Program-made: the position numbers and the translations under genes | Notes under the pieces: generated by a model | Told to the model about the DNA's origin: nothing | The model's database searches: none | The model's input: only the letters and a program-made list of their open reading frames with translations | Assembly (NCBI GenBank): GCA_044340895.1 | Contig: JBIISS010000001.1 | Coordinates: 1-34,880, forward strand | Direction: 5' to 3' | DNA: 34,880 bases | Source: Microbacteriaceae bacterium | Lineage (GTDB): Bacteria; Actinomycetota; Actinomycetes; Actinomycetales; Microbacteriaceae | In this document: piece after piece, positions 8,581 to 17,455 of the stretch | Position numbering within the stretch: the stretch's first letter is position 1 | How the letters are laid out: each line of letters starts with the position of its first letter

Positions 8581-10740
8581 GTGCGCCGTCTGACGCAAGC
8601 CATTATTCGTCGTCCACTCGCAACACTGCTCAGCTTTGTCGCGCTCGTGGGCCTTTCGGCAATCGGCGGACTCCAGGTCTTCCCGGCCATGCAGTCGGCC
8701 GGCTACAGCGACCCCAACAGTGACTCGAGTCGAGTTGTCACCGTGCTGAAGGAAGACTTTGGCGACCACCCGCCCGAGCTCGCGATCATTGTCGACTTTA
8801 ACCGCAGCGCTGACGACCCCAAATCAGAAGCGACGACGACGACAATCGTCGAAAAGCTGTCCAAACTCGACGGAATCGACCAGGTCGCCACCTACTATTC
8901 ACTCGGCCGTCCAGACTCTCTGAAGAGCATCGATGGCGAAGCCGCATACGTCTTTGTCACCTACACCGACACCTCGCCGAGTTCGCGCAGCGCCGAAACG
9001 AAGCTCATTGAGACCGAACTCGGAACGTCAATTAACGGTGCGGATATTCACTACACCGGCCTCGCCGCCATGGCCAACGCGCTCAACGAGTCCATCGCCG
9101 AAGACCTGGCGCTCGCGGAGAGCATTGCCATTCCGCTGAGCCTCATTCTTCTCATCTTCGTCTTTGGTTCTGTCGTCGCGGCTGGACTGCCGCTTCTCGT
9201 CGGCGGGCTGGGAATTCTCGGCAGCTTCTTCTTCATCTGGCTTGCGACACTCTCGACCGACGTCTCGGTCTTCGCGCTCAACCTCATCACCGGAATGGGT
9301 CTTGGACTCGGCATCGATTACTCGCTGCTTATCGTCAGCAGATTCCGCGAGGAACGCGCCAGCGGTAAGACTGTCGCTGATGCCGTGTCGACGACCATGG
9401 CTACCGCCGGTCGCACGGTGCTCTTCTCTGGGCTGACGGTCGCCGTCGTGACCTCGTCGATGATCTTGTTTCCGCAGTATTTCTTGCGCTCGTTTGCGTT
9501 CGCCGGCATCGCCGTGGTCGGCACGGCCGTTGCTGGGGCCCTTATCGCCCTCCCCGCCGTGCTCACGTTGCTCGGCGATCGCGTGAACGCGTGGCGCGTC
9601 GTGCGCCGCCCCACGACCCAAAGCGACAACGGAGGCTGGGCGAGCGTTTCCCGATTCGTGATGAAGCACGCAGTGCTCGTGCTCGTCGTCACCCTGACCG
9701 CGCTCGGCGCACTCATCGCGCTGGGTAGCTCGGCGAAGTTCGGGCTCGTGGATGAGCGAATCCTGCCAGCCGACGCCCCGATTGCCGTAGCGAGCGAAAT
9801 TCAACGCGAACGATTTGACGGCCAAGAAGCCAAACCGGTCGAGATGATAGCCACCGGTGCCAGTGACGCAGAAATGGCCACGTACGTCGAGCATCTGAGC
9901 AAACTGACGCACATCGTTCGCGTTCAGAGCCCACTCGGTGTGACCGTCGATGGCGTCACTGACACTCGTGCCGCGCCCGCCTTTGCCGAATATGCCGACG
10001 GGGATGCACAACGCATCGTCGCGATTCACGACGTGGAGCCCCGCTCGAACGAGGGAGTCACGCTGACCACAGCAATTCGCGCGATTGAGCATCCGTTCGA
10101 CGTTCTCGTCGGTGGAATCGCTGCCGACTACGCCGACTCACTGCAGGGCATCGCGAACACCTTGCCGTGGGTGATTCTGTGGATTGCGCTCAGCACGTTC
10201 ATCTTGTTGTTCCTGTTCACGGGTTCGATTCTGTTGCCGATCAAGGCCGTCGCCCTCAACCTCGTCTCACTGCTCAGCACACTGGGATTGATGACCTGGG
10301 TCTTTCTCGAGGGGCATCTCAGCTGGCTCCTCGGCGGGTTCACAATCACGGGGTCGATTGACGCATCCATGTTCATTCTGATTGCCGTCGTGACCTTTGC
10401 GCTGTCGATGGATTACGAGTTGTTCTTGCTCAGCCGAATCAAAGAACAACACGATCTGGGTCTCAGTACCACGGAGTCAGTCGCAATCGGACTCCAACGC
10501 AGCGGACGCATCATCACCGCAGCGGCTCTCGTGCTCGCCGTTAACTTCTTGCCGTTCGTAACATCCGGGGTCAGCACGGTCAAGATGTTGGGCCTCGGCA
10601 TCGCGTTTGCGATTCTGCTCGACGCGACCGTGGTTCGAGCTCTTCTCGTACCTGCGCTGATGAAACTTTTTGGCGATGCGAACTGGTGGGCACCGACCTG
10701 GATGAAGCGCATTGCCGAAAAAGCAGGTCTCGCGCACTAA
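8581..10740 (+). CDS. MMPL-family (RND superfamily) membrane transporter
   Basis: 719 aa. GTG start with AAGGAGG at 8569-8575. It has two 6-TM bundles with soluble loops and the repeated motifs GLGIDYSLLIVSRFREE and ALSMDYELFLLSRIKEQ. Confidence 0.88.
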   Translation: MRRLTQAIIRRPLATLLSFVALVGLSAIGGLQVFPAMQSAGYSDPNSDSSRVVTVLKEDFGDHPPELAIIVDFNRSADDPKSEATTTTIVEKLSKLDGIDQVATYYSLGRPDSLKSIDGEAAYVFVTYTDTSPSSRSAETKLIETELGTSINGADIHYTGLAAMANALNESIAEDLALAESIAIPLSLILLIFVFGSVVAAGLPLLVGGLGILGSFFFIWLATLSTDVSVFALNLITGMGLGLGIDYSLLIVSRFREERASGKTVADAVSTTMATAGRTVLFSGLTVAVVTSSMILFPQYFLRSFAFAGIAVVGTAVAGALIALPAVLTLLGDRVNAWRVVRRPTTQSDNGGWASVSRFVMKHAVLVLVVTLTALGALIALGSSAKFGLVDERILPADAPIAVASEIQRERFDGQEAKPVEMIATGASDAEMATYVEHLSKLTHIVRVQSPLGVTVDGVTDTRAAPAFAEYADGDAQRIVAIHDVEPRSNEGVTLTTAIRAIEHPFDVLVGGIAADYADSLQGIANTLPWVILWIALSTFILLFLFTGSILLPIKAVALNLVSLLSTLGLMTWVFLEGHLSWLLGGFTITGSIDASMFILIAVVTFALSMDYELFLLSRIKEQHDLGLSTTESVAIGLQRSGRIITAAALVLAVNFLPFVTSGVSTVKMLGLGIAFAILLDATVVRALLVPALMKLFGDANWWAPTWMKRIAEKAGLAH

Positions 10741-10799
10741 TTCGTATATTATTTAGTGAACATTATTCCAGCACCATCTGTTTGAAAAGGACTCACATC

Positions 10800-11681
10800 A
10801 TGGCTCGCACACTCGTAGGCATCGGAGCAGCTGTCACGGCCCTCGGCCTCGCCATCGCACTCACCGCATCCCCCGCACTCGCCGCCGTAGACGACGGCAC
10901 CTGGGGCATCTGGGCCGCCGAAGACGTCGATGACGCTCCCGCCGGCACCATTGGCTTCGGCAGCACGACCGTGCCGAGCGCGTCCTACGAGTACACGGAG
11001 ATCTCGGGTGAGTCATCCGCGGAAATCAACACCGTCAATGACAAGGGGATGTGGGTCCCGGCCAGCTCTGCCCCTGGCGCCGTCTTTGGCGCTAACGGCC
11101 CATCCGACATTGAAAACCTCCTAGATATCGACTCCAATGAGACAGCTGAAGCGACTCTGGTCATTACCTTTGACGTCGAGGTGCCCGCGAACGCGCTGGG
11201 TTTTGTGATCATGGACATCGACGGGGAAAATAACGGACAAGCTGAAAACGCTGACCGCTTCACGGTTGAAGCAACCAACGCAGCAGGAACCAGTCTGACG
11301 TCAAGCGAGCTCAATGGTGGCGTTTTCAACTTCTGCAACGTTCCCGTGGCAGAAATGCCCGGAGACTGTGACGACACCGCGTACACCACCGTTCCCACCG
11401 TTACCGAGCCAACCGCCACGAGCGTCTTCTTTCAGGCAAACCTCAACAACTCGGGCGATGACGGTGACTCCGGGTGGGTCAATCCCACAGCCGCCGTCAA
11501 GACCATGACCGTGACCTGGCTTACTCAGGACGGCGGTAGTTCCGCCAAGCTTGCCGTCGCGGTGAAGAAGCCAACGCTGGCCAACACCGGTCTCGACGTC
11601 ACCACCGGTGCTCTTTCAGCTCTCGTGCTTGGCGCACTCGGTGCGGTTGCGGTCATCGCATCGCGTCGTCGCAACGCCTAG
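10800..11681 (+). CDS. Secreted cell-wall-anchored surface protein (LAxTG sorting signal)
   Basis: I prefer ATG 10800 (in frame with track ORF 10686), which is preceded by AAGGA. The signal peptide is MARTLVGIGAAVTALGLAIALTASPALA. The C-terminus has LANTG, a hydrophobic stretch and RRRNA. The passenger domain is unrecognised. Confidence 0.75.
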   Translation: MARTLVGIGAAVTALGLAIALTASPALAAVDDGTWGIWAAEDVDDAPAGTIGFGSTTVPSASYEYTEISGESSAEINTVNDKGMWVPASSAPGAVFGANGPSDIENLLDIDSNETAEATLVITFDVEVPANALGFVIMDIDGENNGQAENADRFTVEATNAAGTSLTSSELNGGVFNFCNVPVAEMPGDCDDTAYTTVPTVTEPTATSVFFQANLNNSGDDGDSGWVNPTAAVKTMTVTWLTQDGGSSAKLAVAVKKPTLANTGLDVTTGALSALVLGALGAVAVIASRRRNA

Positions 11682-11696
11682 ATCGCAAGCAAAGAA

Positions 11697-11727
11697 GGCA
11701 GCGGGCCAGTCGAACTGGCCCGCTGCC
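11697..11727. terminator. Bidirectional intrinsic terminator between convergent genes
   Basis: GGCAGCGGGCCAG (11697-11709), loop TCGAA, CTGGCCCGCTGCC (11715-11727). This is a perfect 13-bp stem followed by TTTTCC. Confidence 0.8.
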
Positions 11728-11758
11728 TTTTCCAGTTAAGCCTCGTCTCGAAGCGAAC

Positions 11759-12076
11759 CTAACTCGCGCGCGACAAGTATTCGTCGAGCGAGTCGAAGTA
11801 GCTCTCCATACCCGCCTTGGTCTGCGGAATCTGTTCGGCGGGCATCTCACCGAACTGCGTGAACTTGCACCACGACGTGGCGCCCCGCTCCTCGAACTCG
11901 ACGCGAATGATGTGCACCGGAACGTCCTCGTTGCGTGCCACAAACCCGTCGGCGTCTTGCGTGTAAGCCAGCGTGTGCACGAGATGATCGTGCAACTGCA
12001 CCTCAACGCAGGCATTCCAGAGGGTGGCCAGTGTTACCGGATATTCGCGCTCGACGGAGTAGAGGACATTGTTCAC
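11759..12076 (-). CDS. Short SRPBCC/AHSA1-like domain protein
   Basis: 105 aa with a GTG start. The pattern REYPVTLATLWNAC....VHIIRVEFEERGATSWCKFTQFG...AGMESYFDSLDEYL resembles the ends of Aha1/SRPBCC domains. It is about 40 aa shorter than usual members. Confidence 0.5.
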   Translation of the reverse strand: MNNVLYSVEREYPVTLATLWNACVEVQLHDHLVHTLAYTQDADGFVARNEDVPVHIIRVEFEERGATSWCKFTQFGEMPAEQIPQTKAGMESYFDSLDEYLSRAS

Positions 12077-12127
12077 GCGGAAAGCTTACGGCCACGTCTC
12101 CCTTCGGAGCGGAATCGCCGAGTGTGT

Positions 12128-12871
12128 TTAGCTGCCCTGAGTGCGCGCAAGAGTGATGAGCCGCTCGACGTGCGTGGCGAGAGCGAAATCGCCGAACTTT
12201 TTCGCCTCCGGTGACTCTGCCGAGGGCGCGTGGGAGCCAGCTGCCCAGACCGCGGCGCCCAGGGTTGCCATTGAAATGGATGTTCCGAGCGCCAGCAGCG
12301 CCTGATCTGACACGTACCGCGAAAGATCTACGTTTTCCTCGGTGAGTTCCTCTGCGAAAACTTCATTGCGCTGAACATCCAGAATGAGTTGGGCCAGGCG
12401 GCACATGTTCAAAGAAAACATCGCGCTCATCTGCTCACGAAAGTCACCTTCGAACTCGACCACGTTCTCGAGGGCAACGTGAGGATAGTTGAGCACGACC
12501 GCCCAGCCAGGAACAGCAACTGCGTAAGTAATCTGCGTTTCGATCCAGGCGCGCAGGCGTGCTTCGGGTGTGCGTTCAGCCTGAGCGACCGCATCCCCCA
12601 TCGCCGCGATGTAATGGGCATAAACCGTAAATGTGGCCTCGGCGATAAGTCCTGCGCGGGAGCCGAAGTAGTGATTCACCATGGCGACGGTCACACCGAG
12701 TCGGCGAGCGAGCTTTGCGTGGCTGAACTGTGCTGGGCCCAGGCGAGCAAACTCGTGAATGGTCAGGTGAAGAAACTTGTCGCGGGTCGACGGGTTACCG
12801 TCGCCACACACGGAAAGCCAGAAGGCCTCATCTAAGTTCTTGGGTTCACCGGCGGGTTGGATGAGCTTCAC
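12128..12871 (-). CDS. TetR/AcrR-family transcriptional regulator
   Basis: HTH segment LHLTIHEFARLGPAQFSHAKLARRLGVTVAMVNHYFGSRAGL. The track ORF opens at TTG 12919. I prefer GTG 12871, which has GGAAGG six nt upstream. Confidence 0.8.
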   Translation of the reverse strand: MKLIQPAGEPKNLDEAFWLSVCGDGNPSTRDKFLHLTIHEFARLGPAQFSHAKLARRLGVTVAMVNHYFGSRAGLIAEATFTVYAHYIAAMGDAVAQAERTPEARLRAWIETQITYAVAVPGWAVVLNYPHVALENVVEFEGDFREQMSAMFSLNMCRLAQLILDVQRNEVFAEELTEENVDLSRYVSDQALLALGTSISMATLGAAVWAAGSHAPSAESPEAKKFGDFALATHVERLITLARTQGS

Positions 12872-13015
12872 GTCACACCTTCCCGTCTCTGGCAACTCTG
12901 AGCGACAAATACTCCGCAATCCTAGCGTTTTGCCCTGAACATTAACGAGAACTGGCGACCGTATGCTCGAGGTAGAGAGCTGACCTCAAGCTCACCCAAA
13001 CGGTCGGAGGCCACG

Positions 13016-13303
13016 ATGTACACAGCGAAATGGAATGGTGCGGTCATCGCACAGTCCGACAAGACGATTGAAATCGAAGGCAACCAGTATTTTCCGTTTG
13101 ACAGTGTTGAACGTGAGTTCCTCGTCGATTCAGCAACGACGTCGACGTGCTCATGGAAGGGCGAGGCAAACTACTACTCGCTCGACGTGAACGGCGATGT
13201 GAACACCGACGCGGTGTGGGTCTATCGTTCACCGAAAGACGCTGCGAAAGAGATCGCGAATTACGTCGCTTTCTGGCGCGGCGTAGAGGTCACGCGCGCC
13301 TGA
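13016..13303 (+). CDS. DUF427 domain protein
   Basis: 95 aa, with GGAGG at 13006-13010. The sequence ..IEIEGNQYFPFDSVEREFLVDSATTSTCSWKGEANYYSLDVNGDVNTDAVWVYRSPKDAAKEIANYVAFWRGVEV matches the DUF427 pattern I know. Confidence 0.8.
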   Translation: MYTAKWNGAVIAQSDKTIEIEGNQYFPFDSVEREFLVDSATTSTCSWKGEANYYSLDVNGDVNTDAVWVYRSPKDAAKEIANYVAFWRGVEVTRA

Positions 13304-13318
13304 CGTTCGCGCAACTTT

Positions 13319-13352
13319 CCCAATGATTCAATCTGCCCAATGATCCAATTTG
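13319..13352 (+). repeat. 17-bp tandem direct repeat spanning the ABC ATPase start codon
   Basis: CCCAATGATTCAATCTG (13319-13335) and CCCAATGATCCAATTTG (13336-13352) match at 15 of 17 positions. Each copy carries an ATG (13323 and 13340). Confidence 0.85.
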
Positions 13353-14056
13353 ATCGCGTTTCGAAACGGTACGGCGACACCGTCGCGCTGAACGATTTTT
13401 CGTTGACCGTGCCCACGGCCAAAATCACGGTGTTGATGGGGTTGTCGGGATCCGGCAAGACGACAGCCATACGCTCAGTCAACAAAATGGTCACGCCGAC
13501 CTCCGGCTCGGTGAGCATCGACGGCGTTGACGTCGCCGAACTCGATGCCGTCACGTTGCGTCGCCGCATTGGTTACGTCATGCAAGAGGTTGGCCTTCTC
13601 CCGCACAAGACTGTGCTCGACAACGTCACGCTGATTGCGCGAATTGCCGGCCAATCGCGCGAGACCGCTCTTCGCAATGCGCACGAGATGCTCGCCATGG
13701 TCGGGACCGGCGAAACGTTCTTTTCTCGCTACCCCCACCAACTCTCCGGCGGCCAGCAGCAACGCGTGGGCGTGGCCCGTGCCTTGGCCACCAAGCCGAA
13801 CATTTTGCTGATGGATGAGCCGTTTGGCGCCGTCGACCCCATCGTGCGCGAAGAACTCCAAGATGAGCTGATGCGCATTCAACGCGACCTTGGGCTGACC
13901 ATCATGTTCGTGACTCACGACCGCCACGAAGCAGTGAAAATCGCCGACCAGTTGGTCGTGCTCTCAGACGGCGGGTACATCGAACAGTTCGGCACACCAG
14001 CCGAGCTCACCAAAAAACCGGCCAACGATTTCGTTCGAAAGTTGTTGGGCGTCTAG
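13340..14056 (+). CDS. ABC transporter ATP-binding protein, osmoprotectant (Opu/ProV-like) type without CBS domains
   Basis: 238 aa. Walker A GLSGSGKTT, signature LSGGQQQRV, Walker B ILLMDEPF. It ends right after the NBD. Confidence 0.9.
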   Translation: MIQFDRVSKRYGDTVALNDFSLTVPTAKITVLMGLSGSGKTTAIRSVNKMVTPTSGSVSIDGVDVAELDAVTLRRRIGYVMQEVGLLPHKTVLDNVTLIARIAGQSRETALRNAHEMLAMVGTGETFFSRYPHQLSGGQQQRVGVARALATKPNILLMDEPFGAVDPIVREELQDELMRIQRDLGLTIMFVTHDRHEAVKIADQLVVLSDGGYIEQFGTPAELTKKPANDFVRKLLGV

Positions 14057-14697
14057 TGGAGTGGTTCGTTGCCAACTGGAGCTTCATTGCCGGGCTCGCG
14101 TGGACCCACCTGAGCATCTCGATTCCGCCGATCATCCTCGGGTCAGTTATTGCGATTGTGATGGCTCGGGTGATACCTGCGCGGTTTGTCACGCCCACGC
14201 GCACAACCTTGGGGGCGATTTACGCGATTCCGTCGCTCGCCTTGTTCGTCGTGCTTCCCGCGGTTCTCGGAACCAAGTTCATCGGGCCGACAAACGTGAT
14301 CATCGCGCTCACGATCTACGCCATCACCTCGATGTACTTTTCGGCACGGGATGCGTTCAGTCAGGTTCCGGTCGCAACCATGACGACATCGCGCGCACTC
14401 GGCATGAATTCGCGCCAGATATTTTTGCACGTAGAACTCCCCCTCGCCGTGCCCGGGCTCATCTCCGGCTTGCGTGTCGCGGCGGCCAGCACCATCTCGA
14501 TTGCGTCGATTGGCGCGGTCGTTGGCGTACGCAATCTCGGCTACCTGTTTATTGACGGATTCCAACGCAAGATTCCTGAAGAAATCATCTCGGGGCTCGT
14601 TGCCATCAGCGTCATTGCCTTAGCCCTTGATGTGGGCCTGTGGCTGCTCGGGCGAGCGATGACTCCGTGGCGCAACGCAAAGGTCGCTCGTGCTTGA
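14056..14697 (+). CDS. ABC transporter permease (OpuCB/OpuBB-like)
   Basis: 213 aa BPD-type permease. The start overlaps the upstream stop (TAGTG at 14054-14058). Confidence 0.85.
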   Translation: MEWFVANWSFIAGLAWTHLSISIPPIILGSVIAIVMARVIPARFVTPTRTTLGAIYAIPSLALFVVLPAVLGTKFIGPTNVIIALTIYAITSMYFSARDAFSQVPVATMTTSRALGMNSRQIFLHVELPLAVPGLISGLRVAAASTISIASIGAVVGVRNLGYLFIDGFQRKIPEEIISGLVAISVIALALDVGLWLLGRAMTPWRNAKVARA

Positions 14698-15376
14698 CGT
14701 CGGCGGTCTCGGCGCGTGGTTCTCTGACGCCGCAAACTGGACGGGCCGATACGGGCTCGTGAACCTTCTGGGTGAGCACCTGTGGCTCACGTTCGTGTCG
14801 ATCGCTCTCGCCTCACTCATCGCCGTGCCGCTTGGCCTCTTTATTGGGCACACCGGTCGTGGCGAAGTTTTCGTGGTCGGTCTGGGCTCGCTGTCTCGGG
14901 CCATTCCCACGATGGGGCTCTTGTTCGCACTCGTTTTGTTGTTGGGCGTGGAGTTTCGCGAATTGTCTGTTGTGCTTGCCTTGGCCGTCATCGCGTTGCC
15001 GCCACTCATTGCGGGCGCGTATTCGGGTGTGGCGAGCATCCCGCCGTCAATTCGTGACTCGGCTACCGCACAGGGCATGACCGCGTGGCAACTCGTGCGA
15101 CACGTCGAACTGCCTCTGGCGAGTCCGTCGATCATCGGTGGGTTTCGCATTGCGTTCATTCAGGTGGTGTCGACCGTGGTGCTCGCGCCGCTTGTGGGCC
15201 TCGGCGGTCTCGGGTTCGGAATCATCCAGGGACTGGCTCTGCGGAATTTTGCCCAAGTTACCGCGAGTTCACTCGTGATAATCGCGCTCACCATCACCGG
15301 CGAACTTCTTTTGGGTTCTTGGCAACGACGTGCGGCGGATAGATTGGGCACACCGACGAACTTGGAGAAACCATGA
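14690..15376 (+). CDS. ABC transporter permease (OpuCD/OpuBD-like)
   Basis: 228 aa, a second BPD-type permease. It overlaps the upstream gene by 8 nt. Confidence 0.85.
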   Translation: MLDVGGLGAWFSDAANWTGRYGLVNLLGEHLWLTFVSIALASLIAVPLGLFIGHTGRGEVFVVGLGSLSRAIPTMGLLFALVLLLGVEFRELSVVLALAVIALPPLIAGAYSGVASIPPSIRDSATAQGMTAWQLVRHVELPLASPSIIGGFRIAFIQVVSTVVLAPLVGLGGLGFGIIQGLALRNFAQVTASSLVIIALTITGELLLGSWQRRAADRLGTPTNLEKP

Positions 15377-16248
15377 AGCTCAAACGATTTACCGCCCTTG
15401 CGCTGAGCGCCGGACTGTTATTGGGTGTCGCCGGATGCGCATCCACCGCCGAACCCTCAGCCGACCCCATCGTGATTGGGTCGCAGGCCTACTACTCGAA
15501 CGAAATCATCGCCGAAGCGTACGCGCAGGTGCTCGAAGACGCCGGCTTCTCGGTCGAGCGTCAGTTCTCACTCGGACAGCGCGACGTTTACATGCCCGCC
15601 ATTGAGGCCGGCGAAATCGACTTGTTCCCCGAGTACACCGGCAACTTGTTGCAGTACTTCGTTCCCGAAGCGACCGAGACGACGGCAGATGACGTGTACG
15701 CAGCTCTTGCTGCCGCACTGCCCGCGGGCTTGAGCGCGCTGGCCATGTCGCCGGCAACCGACCAGGATTCATACAACGTGACTGAGGAATTCGCCACGGC
15801 GAACAAGCTCACGTCGATTGCTGATCTCGCCGCGCTGAAGGATCTCAAACTCGGCGGAGCTCCCGAGCTTGCCGAGCGCCCGTATGGCCCGAAGGGTCTG
15901 CTTGAGAAGTACGGCGTCACCGTGACCTTCGAAGCAACCGGCGACACGACGGTCGACTCTCTCGTCGCAGGTCAGGTCAGCCTGGCCAACGTTTACAGTG
16001 CCGACCCTCGCATTTCGCAGCTGAAGCTCGTCACGCTGAGCGATCCGCTGGGGCTTTTCTTGGCCTCGAACGTGGTGCCCATCGCATCGGACTCCGTCAC
16101 TGCAGATGCCCGCGCACTGATTGATGCCGTTTCGGCCGCTATGACACCTGCCGACCTCGTTGCACTCAACGTGCGCAGTGTCGAGGAGAAGCTCTCGGCT
16201 TCGGTCATCGCTCGCGACTGGCTCGTATCGAAGGGTCTGCTCAAGTAG
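15373..16248 (+). CDS. Glycine betaine/choline-type ABC substrate-binding lipoprotein (OpuAC fold)
   Basis: 291 aa with lipobox LLLGVAGC. The sequence IVIGSQAYYSNEIIAEAYAQVLEDAGFSVERQFSLGQRDVYMPAIEAGEIDLFPEYTGNLLQYF is typical of OpuBC/OpuCC-like binding proteins. The start overlaps the upstream stop (ATGA). Confidence 0.85.
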   Translation: MKLKRFTALALSAGLLLGVAGCASTAEPSADPIVIGSQAYYSNEIIAEAYAQVLEDAGFSVERQFSLGQRDVYMPAIEAGEIDLFPEYTGNLLQYFVPEATETTADDVYAALAAALPAGLSALAMSPATDQDSYNVTEEFATANKLTSIADLAALKDLKLGGAPELAERPYGPKGLLEKYGVTVTFEATGDTTVDSLVAGQVSLANVYSADPRISQLKLVTLSDPLGLFLASNVVPIASDSVTADARALIDAVSAAMTPADLVALNVRSVEEKLSASVIARDWLVSKGLLK

Positions 16249-16262
16249 AGCGTCTGTTCACC

Positions 16263-16304
16263 GCACGAGGGCGAGCCACGGAAATCGTGTGCTCGCCCTC
16301 GTGC
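16263..16304. terminator. Bidirectional terminator hairpin between convergent genes
   Basis: GCACGAGGGCGAGC (16263-16276) pairs with GCTCGCCCTCGTGC (16291-16304). This is a perfect 14-bp stem with a 14-nt loop. Confidence 0.7.
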
Positions 16305-16339
16305 TGTGCCTGTTGCGGTATGTCACCGCGAGAATGGTT

Positions 16340-17062
16340 CTAACTCCGTGCCAAGCGACGGCGCGTAACCGTGACCGCGAGTGCACCGGCCATGAGCAGG
16401 CCTGCGCCGAGTGCTATTGACCCAGAATTGACAGAGGCGTTGGTGCCGGTGTCTGCCAGCAATGAACTGTCACTCGTCGGATCTGCCACAGGCGCGTCAT
16501 CGACGTAGGTCGTGAAGCTAATCCCATATGCGGGCTCAATAAACGCGAATCCAGCCACCCTCTTGTCGGGGGGAGAAAATCCCAGGGCAAGCATCATCCC
16601 GGCATTGCTTGAGGCTGAAGAGAGCGGAAACTCAAGAGTAAAGACATAGCCCGTTCCCGCGACGACTGTTGCAGGAGATGAGAACAAAACTGAAATTGTT
16701 CCTCCGCTCACGAGAGAGGCGGCGGGAATAACCTGCGTTGCAATCGCGGAGCCGGTGGGAAACCCAGTAACGGCATCGACGTTCCACACGTTCACGGTGA
16801 GGTCGGCCGGAGTCGTGTGTCTGATTGTTGGTATATCGATAGACGTTAATCGCCCAGAGATTCCAGCGGTAAAGGTGGACCCTTGAACTTGACACTGAGG
16901 ATTGCTCGACATGTCTACGTAACAGCTCACTGCTGCTTCACCAGCAGCAGTGACCGATTGAGTCTGATCAACTACCGGTGCGGCTATAGCAGGGGATGCC
17001 CCGGCGCAAACCAATGCGAAAGTGATCGCGAGAGCGGCCAGTGGTGCGAACTTCTTCTCCAC
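16340..17062 (-). CDS. Secreted cell-wall-anchored surface protein (LAxTG sorting signal)
   Basis: The track ORF extends to 17164. I prefer GTG 17062, which gives the signal peptide VEKKFAPLAALAITFALVCAGASPAIA. The C-terminus has LADTG, a hydrophobic stretch and RRRLARS. The passenger domain is unrecognised. Confidence 0.7.
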   Translation of the reverse strand: MEKKFAPLAALAITFALVCAGASPAIAAPVVDQTQSVTAAGEAAVSCYVDMSSNPQCQVQGSTFTAGISGRLTSIDIPTIRHTTPADLTVNVWNVDAVTGFPTGSAIATQVIPAASLVSGGTISVLFSSPATVVAGTGYVFTLEFPLSSASSNAGMMLALGFSPPDKRVAGFAFIEPAYGISFTTYVDDAPVADPTSDSSLLADTGTNASVNSGSIALGAGLLMAGALAVTVTRRRLARS

Positions 17063-17133
17063 GTTGACATCCAATCTTGAGGGTAAACACTCAAACCCTA
17101 TCGAACGGAGCCGGCCCGAACACAGCTCGGCGT

Positions 17134-17162
17134 TGCTAGACGTTGAAGCGGAACCAGACCAC
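17134..17162 (-). repeat. Relic copy of the ychF 3' end (direct repeat, copy A)
   Basis: TGCTAGACGTTGAAGCGGAACCAGACCAC matches 19609-19637 at 27 of 29 positions; the first 21 nt are identical. On the minus strand it reads ..WMNVVWFRFNV*, with an in-frame TGA at 17172-17174, so it is non-functional. Confidence 0.85.
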
Positions 17163-17455
17163 ATTCATCCATCAAAGAACATCTTCCACTCCGGCGACAA
17201 ACAAACTCAATCTCGGATGTCTATGGCAAGAAATTTGGTGGAGTCTTGAAACACGGCTCTGAGCCATGGCGAATTGCTCTAAGCGCCCGCCCCCCAAGCG
17301 ATGAGCTCCTCGCGACCGTCGATGCCAAATTGTCGACTCGCACACAAAGGATGGCTCGGGGTAAAGCAAAAGGTCGCGCTGCTCGGTGGCGCAATGATTT
17401 CGATGAACCGGTTGCTGCGCTCACTCGGGTAAAGAAGTTTCGCTCCGAAGCCTGC

